Part shown: positions 24,316-36,190 of the stretch, in pieces
Layout: every line of letters starts with the position of its first letter
How positions within the stretch are numbered: position 1 is the stretch's first letter
Assembly: GCF_963921235.1 (NCBI RefSeq)
Contig: NC_086126.1
Span: 16,120,001-16,184,000 of the forward strand
Length of the DNA: 64,000 bases
DNA from: Mobula hypostoma
Taxonomy: Eukaryota
Direction: 5' to 3'
Notes under the pieces: model-generated
The model's input: the letters and a program-made list of their open reading frames with translations, nothing else
Told to the model about the DNA's origin: nothing
Database searches by the model: none
Position numbers and translations under genes: made by a program

Positions 24316-25190
24316 TTATTTGCAAATCCCGCCCATTGCTACAAAGAGGTACCTCGCTCCATTTTGCAGCTCTTTCCTGAATTTTCTCTGTGTTAGCCCG
24401 TAGATACACGTGTTGGTGCAGGTACTGAGCGAAGCGAACATAAAGGCAGATACTTGCAGGATGTAGGTTGGTTTGCTAAAATATCTGTCTGAGTACGTAT
24501 AGTTTTCGACTTGCCAGTTCATAGAATGTACGACAGTTGGCATCCAAAGTAATATAAAATTGGTTGATAGAGCGAACAACAGAATCATTGACTTTCTCCG
24601 CTTTGTCACCTCTGGATCATTACGGTTTTTGCTGCTTTTCTGAAGTACCTGGCGAACTCTATTTGTCACTATAATCCGTTTGATGGTTAAAACATTAAAT
24701 AGTAAAATTAAACAGATTGGTAGTAACGGTATTGTGATGCCGTGAAATACCTGATAGGCTTTCCACAGGGGTGACGTGAAGTATTCAGCTACGGTGACGC
24801 AACGCCATCGATCCACTGTAAAGTAAAATGGAATGGCCTGAGCACAACACGCTGCACTCACTGTGACTACCACCACAGCCGCTGTTCTCTCGGTGCAATA
24901 TCGGATCTGCAGCTTTTGACAGCAGATGGCAACGCATCGATCGAAAGTGAAAGCCACCGTCAACCAAACCGAAGAGTCCCAGGTTGCGAGACTCAGGACA
25001 AGTAGCACAGAACACGCGGGAGTTCGGAGCAAGAAATTAGCATACGCATAGATGTAATTTATCCTCAGTAATATAATAACAATGATGACGTAAATCAGAT
25101 CGGCTACCGCCATGGCCAGCAGGTAGAGAGTGATGCATTTGGACAGACCGCATTTGCCGCGGGACAGGATCACAATCGCTGTTAAATTAA
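24316..25190 (-). CDS. GPR139-like GPCR paralog A, exon 2 (with exon 1 at 27675-27744 gives 314 aa)
   Basis: Acceptor tttatttcag|TTAATTTA in phase 1. 7TM class A pattern: NLTAIVILSRGKCGLSK, MAVADL, FTFDRCVAIC, LWMP, CTNTCIY. Frame intact. Confidence 0.92.
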
Positions 25191-25269
25191 CTGAAATAAA
25201 TTATTGAAGATAAATCATTATCAGTTATCGCAGAATGATTAGTGTGACTGTACTTCTCTAGTCTGAGTT

Positions 25270-26485
25270 GTAATCGATCGGATTAATGAAGGAAGAGCAG
25301 TAGATGTAGTGTATATGGATTTCAGCAAGGCAGTTGATAAGGTAACCCATGCAAGGCTTATTGAGAAAGTAAGGAGGCATGGGATCCAAGGGGACATTGC
25401 TTTGTGGATGCAGAACTGGCTTGCCAACAGAAGGCAAAGAGTGATTGTAGACGGGTCATATTCTGCATGGAGGTCGGTCACCAGTGGTGTGCCTCAGGGA
25501 TCTGTTCTGGGACAGTTACTCTTCGCGATTTTTATAAATGTCCTGGATCAGGAGGTGGGGGGATGGGTTAGTAAGTTTGCTGGTGACACAAATGTTGGAG
25601 GTGTTGTGGATAGTGTGGAGGGCTGTCAGAGGTTACAGTGCGACATTGATAGGATGCAAAACTGGGCTGAGAACTGGGTGATGGAGGTCGAGATAAGTGT
25701 GCAGTGGTTCATTTTGGTAGGTCAAATTTGATGGCAGAGTATAGTATTAATGGTAAGAGTCTTGGCAGTGTGGAGGATCAGAGGGATCTTTGAGTCCGAG
25801 ACCATAGGACGCTCAAAGCAGCTGCGCAGGTTGACTCTGTGGTTAAGAAAGCGTACGATATTTTGGCCTTCATCAATCGTGGAACTGAATTTAGGAACTG
25901 GGGAGGTAATGCTACAGCTATATAGGACCCTGATCAGACCCCACCTGGGGTACTGTGCTCAGTTCTGGTCACCTCACTGCAGGAAGGATGTGAAAACCAT
26001 AGAAAGGGAGCAGAGGAGATTTACAAGGACTTTGCCTGGATTGAGGAGCATGCTGTATGAGAATAGGTAGAGTGAACTCGGCCTGTTCTCCTTGGAACGA
26101 CAGAAAATGAAAGGTGACCTGATAGAGGTGTATAAGATGATGAGAGGCATTGATCGTATGGGTAGTCAGTGGCTTTCTCCCAGGACTGAAATGGTTGCCA
26201 CAAACGGACACAGGTTAAGGTGCTGGGGAGTAAGTACAGAGGAGATATCAGGGGTAAGTTTTTAACTCAGTAAGCGGTGAATGCGTAGAATGGGCTGCCG
26301 TCAACGGTGGTGGAGGCGGATACGATGGGGTATTTTGAGAGACTTTTGGATAGGTATATGGAGCTCAGAAAAATAGAGGGTTATGGGTATGCCTAGTAAT
26401 TTCTAAGGTAGGGACATGTTCGACACAACTTTGTGGGCCGAAGGTCCTGTATTGTTCTGCAAGTTTTCTGTGTTTCTATGTTCAC
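25270..26485 (+). mobile_element. 5'-truncated CR1 in the intron of GPCR A (antisense to the gene)
   Basis: YMDFSKAVDKV...GVPQGSVLG...KFAGDT; RPHLGYCAQFWSP; tail tttctgtgtttctatgttc. Confidence 0.92.
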
Positions 26486-27674
26486 TATGGGCCGTTATCT
26501 GGTGTCAGGATAACAGTCCATTTACACTAACTGAGAGGGAATGCGGTTGACCAGATCAAACTCCTCTCGTTACGATGTACAAATCAGATCTCACCAATTT
26601 CCCATCCAGCTGTTAAACATCAGACGGAACGGAGAAACGGCAGCAACCGCCGGTTTGATGACAAACCTATCCTTGCTGGGAGAAACAGGTAGATAATGCA
26701 CAGGCAATCTACTCCCTCAAAATCATATTTCCTTTGTATGACTGCATTTTCACTGCTATCGGGGAAGACTCATGAGAAAGTGTCATCAAATGGCAGATAC
26801 CAAAGTAAATCGTCTGAAATATTCAGGACCGAGGTGCATCGGAAGGTTGTCCAAATTTTATGTAATTTAAGTACAATTGTCAAACGGCGTGAAATGGTAC
26901 CACCATTTATTTCTTACACTGAATAGCACTGCAGTGCTTATGTATTAATTCTCAACTAAAACTTAAAGCACGTGGACGGTATAGAGACAATCTATTGTTA
27001 ATTCCGTCAGTCTCTACTGACAGCAGAGCAAGAATCTGGTTAACGTGGAGAGAGATTTGAACAGAGGATAATACTTGGGACTTAAACACTAACTGCAACG
27101 CGTCAGGTTTCCTGGTCCAAAAAGTAAACATTGAATGTATTATGAGTTGAAGTATGCTGGGTCTGCTGGCGGCCAGAGACAGATCGAACGGTTCAGAGCT
27201 GACCCAGCGGTGAGCGGGCATGGTGAGCACTTGCAATCAGGATGTTACGGGAAGTAGTATCTTTACAACCTGCTCTAATGAAGTCCTCGTGTAGGGTCCT
27301 TTTCAAAGATGCTGCCTGACCTGCTGAGTTCCACGAACATTGTTTGTATGGTATTTTCATGTCTGCGTCTTTTTAAAGCGTGTTTAAATATTTTTGGCAC
27401 GCAATTAGGTCAACAATATTACAACCTGGTAATGTATGCTTGTGTTAAAATCATAGTAATATATACATAAATATATCAAACACCTCAATCATATACACAT
27501 GTAAAATTAAACCAGTAAACTTACACGAATTACAATTAGAATATATATTAGCAGCGCAAGATTATTTTCTTTGTCTAATTACACAAAAACATGCACTGGA
27601 CCGCATATTTCCTTTGGTTGTCAAGTACAGTTTATCTACGATGCCCCGAGCGAAGTACAAAGACATCAGATTAC

Positions 27675-27744
27675 CTGGAACACCGAGTGCTGCAAGCACC
27701 GGGCAGTAAATTCTGACGATGTTGTAAATTGCGGAATATCCCAT
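27675..27744 (-). CDS. GPR139-like GPCR paralog A, coding exon 1 (MGYSAIYNIVRIYCPVLAALGVP+G)
   Basis: 70 nt ending CCA G|GTAATC; splices in frame to 25190, giving GVP-V-NLTAIVIL (TM1 with the conserved Asn). Confidence 0.9.
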
Positions 27745-27814
27745 TTTCTACCCGAAACGGCGAACAGTTGCACACATTATCCCAATTGCCTGCATTTGTT
27801 GATTAGAAGAGTTC

Positions 27815-27821
27815 TTTTATA
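27815..27821 (-). promoter_or_regulatory. TATA box (TATAAAA) of GPCR A
   Basis: About 72 bp upstream of the ATG; same placement as in paralogs B and C. Confidence 0.55.
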
Positions 27822-28299
27822 CCACTCGGAACCACGATTAAATCAGTTCGTGCTACCATTGGTGCAATTAGAAGGAATTCATTGAACAAACACGAAGTGT
27901 TAACCATTTTTACTCATTGTGTCATTGTCGATATATTTAGCTCTTCAATGTTAATTATAAGTGCATTGATTTTATGTTCCTTCGAAATATATTCAGTGGA
28001 GACAGTCCGTGCAGTTCTGTTTCGCAACGTTTGACTTGCGAAACAGAAAACATTTTATCATTATATGCTTTATTTTTTTTTTCTGGAACACCAGCGGAAT
28101 GTGCATTTACCGATCAATTATAACATTGTCAGTATCAGGTTTGTCAAAGATGAAGTGAGTTCAATATGTGTAAAATGTGCGATGAGACTTCCTTGGAGGG
28201 GACAGTTTTGTCGCTGTCTTGTCTTTCCACTGCTGTTAGTGCTTTGGGCGACAGCTGTCGCCAGTTAATATTTCAAAGTGCAATTTGGCTGCGTGTCCA

Positions 28300-30200
28300 A
28301 ATATTATCACGAGTTCAACACGCCCACCCAATCTGAGCCACCGCAGAAGCAACGGTTTGTACCACAGCTCCACCACCCGCAGATTTAAGAAATTTCTCTT
28401 CTCCTCTGTTCTAAATGGACGACCCACTTTACTGTGCCTTGCAGACTAGATGCTAGAGGAAGTGTGCCGCACCGTTACTGTCATCATACTGGCTTTGGAG
28501 GTGTTGTAGTATCGTGTTACAATTGTTCGAATTATTAGTTAGGTCGCACTTGGATGACGTTATGTAGTTTCTGCTCGCCACACCATAGGAAGGATGTAAT
28601 TAAGCTGGAAATAGTGCAAATATTTCACATGGTATTGTCTTGACTGAAGTGCTTGAGTGAGGGCAGGTGAGACGTTTGCAATGAAGACAGGTTTCACCTT
28701 TTAGCCCTTGTTAAATGTCTGCTGCTCGCTGCCCTATCTGTGATTCTCTTAGACATATAAACTGGTATCAGGAGTCCTCCTCATCATCCCTGCTCCAGTG
28801 CCTGCCATGGCACATGCTTTCTTAACCACTGCATCAACCATGGTAGGCACTGCCGGGAAGATACAGAATTGTATCGGAAGATTCCTCTGTATGTCAAATT
28901 GTTAAAGGTCGTATCATTAGCAGCGTAAGGTGTCATACCATTTGATCTCAAAATATGAAATAACACATACTTGTCCAGACTAAACCCGATACGGTGATTG
29001 TTTGCCCATATCGACAAAGGAAAAATATCCTGCTGCATCCTTTCTAAACAGTCTATAATGCCACCAATCTTTGTATCATGCACAAACGGAGAACTACACC
29101 CACACACATGTCGTGAGAGGATCTGAAGATGCTGGAAGGCTAGGATAACACATGCAAAAGGCTGGAGGAAGTCAGCAGACCAGACAGCACATCTGGAAAA
29201 GGTAAAACAGTCGAAGTTTCGGAACAAGACTGTCCGTCAGGATAGATTTACACCCAACCATGTCTTCATGCAAGACACTTACCTCTAGAGAGAATATATC
29301 TAATTGAACTGTGCTTTCTATATTCAATGGCAAAACCACTTCTGAAACCTACAATCGAACTGTACGCCTTTTTTTTGTGATGATTCGTGTCTCTTTCAGA
29401 ATTCACACAGTAATTCCTTCAGTACCACGATTTTGGCTGTTTTGTCGCAAGACACCATTGCAGTAGCCTTCTAATCATCCGGCAGCACACTTATAGCAGG
29501 TGAGGAAGGAAATCTAATTGGCAAACTCTCTGCTATTGCAATCTACGTTGTATTTGCTACTTTCTGCATTTTAAGGGACTCCTAGAAAGCTACACTGAGC
29601 TTAGAGAAATAGCGAACTATGGGTAACCCTCGTTAATTTCTAACTATGTGTTCCCCATAGCATGGTGGGCCGTAACTTGTCCCGAGTGCAAGGTCTCTTA
29701 ACAGCCCCAAAAGCATCTGCCTTCACCACCATCCCGAGCAGTAAACTCCGCACATTTTCTGTGTTTAAAAGTTAACGTCAGACATTCCAGCTCTCCTACA
29801 CTTTCCTCCAATCACCTTAGAATTTTGCCTCCTTGTTTTAGCATCTCCGACTTTGGGTAACATTCCCCGGATGTCCCCTCATTTAATGTCTCCTATCATT
29901 TTGTATCCCTCCATCCAGTTACCTCTCATCCTGCTTCCTGGTGGCAGCATTGGGAAGCGAGCATCGCCTGGATGACGGAGTCCTTGGTGATGGATGCTGC
30001 TTTCCTGTGATAGCCCTCTTTATAGATGTGTTCAGAGGTGAGGACGGCTTTACCTGTGATAGATTGGGTGCATCCACAACTTTTCAATTGTTATTGCATT
30101 CAAGGGCATTGGTGTTTCTAAACCAGACCAGTCAGGCTCTTCTCCACTATAGATCTAGAGAACATTGCCAAAGTTTCAGATCACGTGCTAAATCTGCACA
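28300..30200. mobile_element. Mosaic of short decayed CR1, Penelope-pLTR and Rex1-like fragments
   Basis: CR1 3' motifs at 28330-28660; HDTKIGG RT remnant at 28780-29100 (-); decayed pLTR/hammerhead at 29120-29245; CR1 tail pieces at 29570-29940; Rex1-like 3' piece at 29940-30200. Confidence 0.55.
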
Positions 30201-30699
30201 AACTGACATAGCATACGATGTAAATGCTGGGAAATATTTCCACGATGCCAACAAATTCCGCTCATCGGAGCCTCTACACTAAGACAATCTCAGACAGTGT
30301 TGGGGAAATTACAGTCAGACACTACTCTGTTGTTTTTACTAGTTTCCGGAACCTGCCTACATTTCTGTTCCTCTTTCTGCTGCTGGCATTTCAAAAATCT
30401 TTGGAAATTGAAACACACATCAGTCAAAGTTCCCCTTTGTCACCTCTCTGCTGCATTCTGAGGGATGTCCAGTGGGATTGGGGGATAGATACCGTCCATG
30501 AATTGAAGTCCATTATCGTGGTTGTTCTGTTCTCTGTCCTTGAAGTACTGTAGTTGTTCTCGTGCTTAATGGTGCTGTACAGTGCTGTGAGTTTTATTGT
30601 TCTGTGTCCCGGCAGTGAAGGTCTAGATATTGTAAAGTTCACTGTCCCTGTAGTCAAATGTTGACTTTTCTTTTGCAGTCACATATGCAGGGCATGTTT

Positions 30700-32130
30700 A
30701 TACCAGAGATAGACCATTCCCTTTCTTACAGCGCGGGCCAGATGTTGTTATGATCTCTGTTCTTACAGTACGGTGCCGGCAGTTTAAACATTATAATTAA
30801 CTGCATGTGGTCTGTGTCTCCCAATATACTAAATTCCCCCAAAGGACCTACCCATCAAAATAGTTCGAGAGACCCAACAGCACCTCCTCTTTAGTATCAA
30901 CACGGCACAGAATATCACCGTACTGCCTTTCTCATCACGCTTTCCTCCTTGTACTTTTCCGTAGTGATCACCAGTATTCATTTTCTACCTTGCATGCTAA
31001 CTATGGCTCCGGGCAAAAACTCCCACCTTTGTCTTCGGATGGTCCTGTCCTCTCCCCAATATACTGTTGTTTTCTTTGTATGCATAAGATAAGATGCCTT
31101 GGGATTCTCATTGATCGTCCTGAATGAGGACATTTCCTGGTAACTCTTCACCTTCCTGAGACATTATGTGACATGTTTCTTGATTCCTATATGTTCCTCC
31201 AAGACCCTGTCTAATTTCATCCTCCTTGTCCTTACATATGGCTCCCTCACATTTTTAAACAAATGCAATATTTCTCATCACCCTAATTTCCTGACCATCT
31301 TTGTCGTTCTCTACCCTCCTCACAGGGACAGGGAACTGCTAAATTCTGACCGGCAGGGCTGTACGTGACTCTCGGATGTCAGACATCAGCTAACATCAGC
31401 TGCATCCAGTAATAACCACTAACATCAGCTCCCAGACAACTCTCTATGACACCTGCCCAGTTCTTCCACAAGTTTACAATCATCGACCTGCAGGTCCAAA
31501 CGCATTCTTATCAACAACCATCTGAAACCCTCCAGAATTAAGATTCATAAAGCTTTCCGAATTAAATTCCAATCATTTTTCTAGGTTCATTTCCCAATAC
31601 CATACCAAGTATGTCTCCCTCCCTGGGGGACCATCTGCATACTGTTTCTGGAAACCTTCTTGAACAGACCAAACAAATAATGTCCCATCCGCTCAATGCC
31701 TTTACTGACCTGTAGCTCTGGATCCCAACACCCCCTCCACATGCCACCTGATAAAAGCCGTCAGGGTGGCTCCAGCAAGCTTTCCTGAGAGAATATTACT
31801 TCCCCTTCACTGTAACCAATCCCTGTTACACCAGTCCCACTTATACTGGAAGAGAGACCAATGATCTGTGTTCCTGATGTCCCCACTACTGTACCAAATT
31901 GTTAGCCACAGATTTAAGTATGCCTACTTAACATATCTTACCTCGCAAGCATGTGGCACCTGAAATAATCCTGAAATCACCACCCGAGAGTTCCCGTTTC
32001 CTAACTTTCTGCCCGACTCCTTAAATTCTCTTTACAGGACCTTGTCTCTCTGCTGTTAGTTCTAATAAGGATCATGACCTCTGGCTATTCATCCTGCCCT
32101 TTCAGAATGGCCCCTGTCTTCTCAGAGACA
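30700..32130 (-). mobile_element. Highly decayed CR1 (ORF1/endonuclease region)
   Basis: ctaggttcatttcccaataccataccaagt matches the LDLVLGNEP segment of the other CR1 copies; ORF1-like remnants at 31950-32120. Confidence 0.6.
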
Positions 32131-32549
32131 TCCTTGGCCATGGCATGATTGGGTTAACTCACCCTCCTGCAATCTCACACATTTCCACACATACCCCTGT
32201 CTGTGCCCCCGCTGAAGTGTTTGCTTCACGTGCTTCATATCTTTCCATCCCCGTGTATTTATATGCTTTTTAATAGCCTGTTCGTAATGAATATTGTTTG
32301 GAAATTCATTCATTGCCTTCTTCTTTAATTCAGCTCAGGGAATGTACTATACATTCGCAAACAATGGCGACGGCACACGTGTTGAAACCACACAATTTGT
32401 TAGAACTCGTACTATTGTAATATAGAACAAAAAACTGATGTCTATAGTAGTAGCTGTACATAATTGAAAACAATACTTATCTTCCACTAAACAAGCCGAT
32501 CTCTGTGACTGAAGTAAACAACAGATTCCGCAATTTCACAGAACCAGTT

Positions 32550-33440
32550 TTCTATCTATCTCTCTCTCCCGCTCTGTCTCTCCCACTCCCTCTCCCTCTA
32601 TCCCTCTCCCTCTCTCTCTGTCGCTCTTTCTGTCTCTGTCTCTCTCCCCCTCTCTCTCCCCCCTGTCTCTTCCACTCCCTCTCCCTCTATCCCTCTCCCT
32701 CGCTCTCTGCCGTTGTCTCTGTCTCTGTCTCTCTCTCCCTCTCTCTCTCCCCCCGTCTCTCCCACTCCCTCTCCCTCTATCCCTCTCCCCCTCTCTCTNN
32801 NNNNNNNNNNNNNNNNNNNNNNNNNNNNNNNNNNNNNNNNNNNNNNNNNNNNNNNNNNNNNNNNNNNNNNNNNNNNNNNNNNNNNNNNNNNNNNNNNNNN
32901 NNNNNNNNNNNNNNNNNNNNNNNNNNNNNNNNNNNNNNNNNNNNNNNCCCTCTCTCTCTATCCCGCTCCCTCTCTCTCTGTCGCTGTCTCTGTCTCTGTC
33001 TCTCTCTCCCTCTCTGTCTTTCTATCTCCCTCTTCCTCACGATGTCTTATTCTCTTCACTATCTCGCTCTCTCTCTCATTGTTTTCTCTGCCTCTCCCAC
33101 AGGCCTACTCCCTCGCACTCACTCTTGCGTCATCTTTCTCGTGTCCAATCCGTCGCGCTGTCCCCCTCACGTGCTCTCCTTCGCGCCCTCTCCATCACGC
33201 CAACTCCCTCGAGCCCTCTCTCCTTCTCGCGATGTCTCCTTCTGTCGCTCTCCCTCGCGCTCACCATCGCCATCACGCTCTCCCTCACGCCCTGTAGATC
33301 ACGCTCACTCTAGCGGCATCTCCATGGCACCCCCTCCCTCACGTGCACTCCTGCGCGCCCTTTACTCGCGATGTCTCATTCGCTCTCTCCCTCGCGCTGT
33401 CTGCTGCGCGCGCTCACTTTCCCAATCTCTCTATCTCTCA
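32550..33440. repeat. CT-rich low-complexity/microsatellite tract spanning an assembly gap (N 32799-32947)
   Basis: Direct inspection. Confidence 0.9.
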
Positions 33441-33697
33441 TAGAACTACAAGTGAACGCAACGGTACTTTGTCTCCAATTGTGAAACAGAAAATATTCTC
33501 TTACAGGAAGATATTCAAGTTGGCAGAAAGAAAAAAAAATACAGGTAGAGAAGGAGAACAAAAAATGTGAAGGAAAGGACGTGTTTTCACGGGAGCAGGA
33601 GTGGTTGCTGCAGACGTAAATATACTCCCAGATCAGGCAGGTTTCTCAGAACCGGGAAGCAGTGGTAACAGGTTCGCCTCACACTTCAATTTAACAG

Positions 33698-35171
33698 TGT
33701 CATGGTCTGGTCCGTGAAGTCAGCTTTCCAGTTGACGGTTCGGTCCATCGATACTCATTCCATGTTTTCCCTTGTTCTGTTGGGGTACCTCTATTGAGGC
33801 ACACGATTTTCATTTTGGGCACCCATATGAATAGTTCCTCAGTTCAGCTTGGGTTGCTGGACTGTTCCCTTCCCTTGCCCTTCCTTCTGTAACCCTTGCC
33901 TGAAGCCTCGCCTGCAACCTTTCGCCTAAAGCCTCGCATGCTACCCTTCGCCTGAAGCGTCTCCTGCGTCCTCACCTATTCTCGCCGTCAAATTCATCGC
34001 CGGAGCTGGACAGGAGCCTGGCTGTGTCCAGATAAGGAACTGTCTTTCGTTTTTTGGAACTGTCTCTTTGTGTCCTCGCCTTCGTCAGGTAGGCCCTGCT
34101 GTTTGCGGCTACCTTGAGAAGGAACTGTCTCTGTAACCACACTTTCCTTATCTAGGTCCGGCCGTTTGCCGCTACCTAGTGTTGGGAACCGTCTCGTCGT
34201 GTTCGGCATTCTGTGTATGAGTCCCGGCCCGACGTCCTGTTCCCAAGGAGGGTCCCGGCTCTGTGTTCCATGTTCCTGTCTCTCAAGACCTAGGCTGTCT
34301 GTTCCGCGTTCCTGTCTCCCGAGTCCAAGGCTCTGTGTTCTGCGTTCCTGTGTTCCATGACCAAGGCTCTGTGTTCCGCGTTCCTGTCTCCCAAGACCAA
34401 TGCTCTGTGTTCGGCGTTCCTGTCTACCAAGGCGAAGGTGCTGTATTCCTCATTCCTGTCTCCCAAGACCAAGGCTCTATGTTCCGCGTTCCTGTCTCCC
34501 AAGATCAAGTCTGTGCTCCGCGTTCCTGTCTTCCAAGACCAAGGCTCTGGGGTCAGCGTTCCTGTTTCCGCGTTCCTGTGTTCTGCGATCCGTGTTCTTG
34601 TCTCCCAAGACCAAGGCTCTGTCTTCCGCGTTCCTGTCTCCCAAGATCAAGGCTCTGTCTTCCGCGTTTCTGTCTCCCAAGACCAAGGCTCTGTGTTCCT
34701 CATTCCTGTCTCCCAAGACCAAAGCTCTGTGTTCCTCGCTCCTGTCTCCCAAGACCTTGTTTCTGTGTTCCGCGATCCTGTCTCCCGCGTTCCTTTCTGC
34801 CAAGACCAAGGGTCTGTGCTCCAGTCTCCCAAGTCCATGTTTGAGATTCGTGTCCTCATCCAGTTCTGGTCCCACGTCCTGCCCCGGAGTCCCGCATCCT
34901 GCCCTCGACGAGACCAGAGTCCGACACCGGTTCAAGATCCTGATACCGGATCCCTGCCCAGTCTCTGGCTCGGAGTCCTTGTCCAGGTTCCAAGTTCCTA
35001 TTTCCTCGTAGAGGTCCCTCTTTCCTAACCAATGTCTCAGCCCAAGCCTGTGTTCTTGTCCCACCTCTATCTGTGTTCAGTCCCGTCCTTAATTCTAGTC
35101 CAGTCCAGTTCATTGTACTTCAGTGTCTGTGTCTTGCATTTGGGTCCGATCCCAGCGCCCCCTTTGTGACA
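33698..35171 (+). mobile_element. Large solo LTR (Gypsy-type) inflated by internal tandem repeats
   Basis: TGTCA...TGACA termini. The first 13 nt (TGTCATGGTCTGG) are identical to the start of the Gypsy LTR at 16673 and the 3' end is similar (TGCATTTGGGTCC vs TGCACTTGGGTTC). No clean TSD. Confidence 0.7.
34240..34840 (+). repeat. 36-bp tandem repeat, about 15-16 diverged copies (CCAAGACCAAGGCTCTGTGTTCCGCGTTCCTGTCTC)
   Basis: Head-to-tail units; translate as repeated QDQGSVFRVPVS. Confidence 0.92.
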
Positions 35172-35269
35172 CAGAGAGGGACGTGAGGCGCGAGGAAGGT
35201 TTTTCAGGGATGGTGAGGTCAGTGATGCCGTCGGGATCAGCTGTAACCAGCTGTTTTGTAACTCTAAAG

Positions 35270-35470
35270 CAACACACACCAAATGGAAAAGAGTAAAGTG
35301 TTAACAGGACTCTGATGAAGGGTTTCGGCCTGAAACGTCGACAGTTTATTATTTTCCGCAAAATGCTGCCCGGTCTGCTGAGTTGCTCCAACATTTTGTG
35401 TGATGAAAAGAGTAAACAGTCGACGTTTCGTGGCGAGACCCTTCATCAGGATCTGATTTTGTGCGTGTTC
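35270..35470. mobile_element. Pair of short non-coding Penelope-derived pLTR units in opposite orientation, each with a hammerhead core
   Basis: Plus strand CTGATGA-AGGGTTTCGGCCT-GAAACGTC at 35312-35339; minus strand CTGATGA-AGGGTCTCGCCAC-GAAACGTC at 35422-35449; duplicated gaaaagagtaaa at about 35286 and 35405. Confidence 0.7.
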
Positions 35471-35571
35471 TTTTGTATTTCGATCGAATGCAGATTCTCA
35501 CATGACTGTTTTGTTATTCTGTTCATCACATTGTTTCCATTTACCCACAAGGGTGGGGATAAAACAGGCCG

Positions 35572-36177
35572 TGTCGTACTGGACCAACCGATGCAAAGAC
35601 AAAGTACCACAAAAACACTAACACACGTAATTCTTTCTCAAACCTTTATTCTTTACTCATAGCCTGTTATGGGGGAAGTTACAGACTGGTCTCGCAAAAG
35701 AGCCAGTGCAGACACGGCCCCCGAATTACACAGTTCTCCACAATTTATAACATGGGTCAGGTAGCAGGAAATCTTACGAATACAGGTTTAGACAGTATTA
35801 GAATCATTTCAATCACATGCTAAGATGCAATTAGATGTAAAATAATGATTGGTCGGTTAATTGTAATTATTTTACGCCAAAGCTAGCCCATCAATTCCTC
35901 ATTCGGACCCTTCCCCTTTTCTCCGGAGCATTCTAGCCCCTACACTATACTTCCCATATTTAGCTATACCTTGAGCTGCTTCGGCAAGATCAGATAGCTC
36001 CATATTTGAGCCTTTGCCTATATTTAGACAATAATGACTAGTACGTCACCGGTTGTTGGATAAAGCTTCTTTCTGACTGTTCAAAACAGTAAGCTAAGGC
36101 GCCCACAAAGTTATTGATCATTAATTAATCATTGTTATTAGTCTACACCCATATTTACCTACCCCGTCACGCCATCA
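35572..36177 (-). repeat. ERV 3' LTR
   Basis: TGATGG...CGACA on the minus strand; roughly 88-90% identical by eye to 46025-46630; TATAAA near 35744-35749 and AATAAA at 35645-35650. Confidence 0.95.
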
Positions 36178-36188
36178 TTCCCCCCTTT
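36178..36188 (-). other. ERV polypurine tract
   Basis: AAAGGGGGGAA immediately upstream of the 3' LTR. Confidence 0.9.
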
Positions 36189-36190
36189 CA

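Noticed and set aside
32505-33443. Long Ser/Leu/Pro-rich ORFs (also 53382-54020)
   Set aside because: Translations of CT/GA microsatellites, partly across an N gap
34240-34840. 36-bp repeats as a CRISPR array or a repetitive protein gene
   Set aside because: There are no unique spacers, the context is eukaryotic and no cas genes are present. The ORFs appear in many frames simply because the unit lacks stops.
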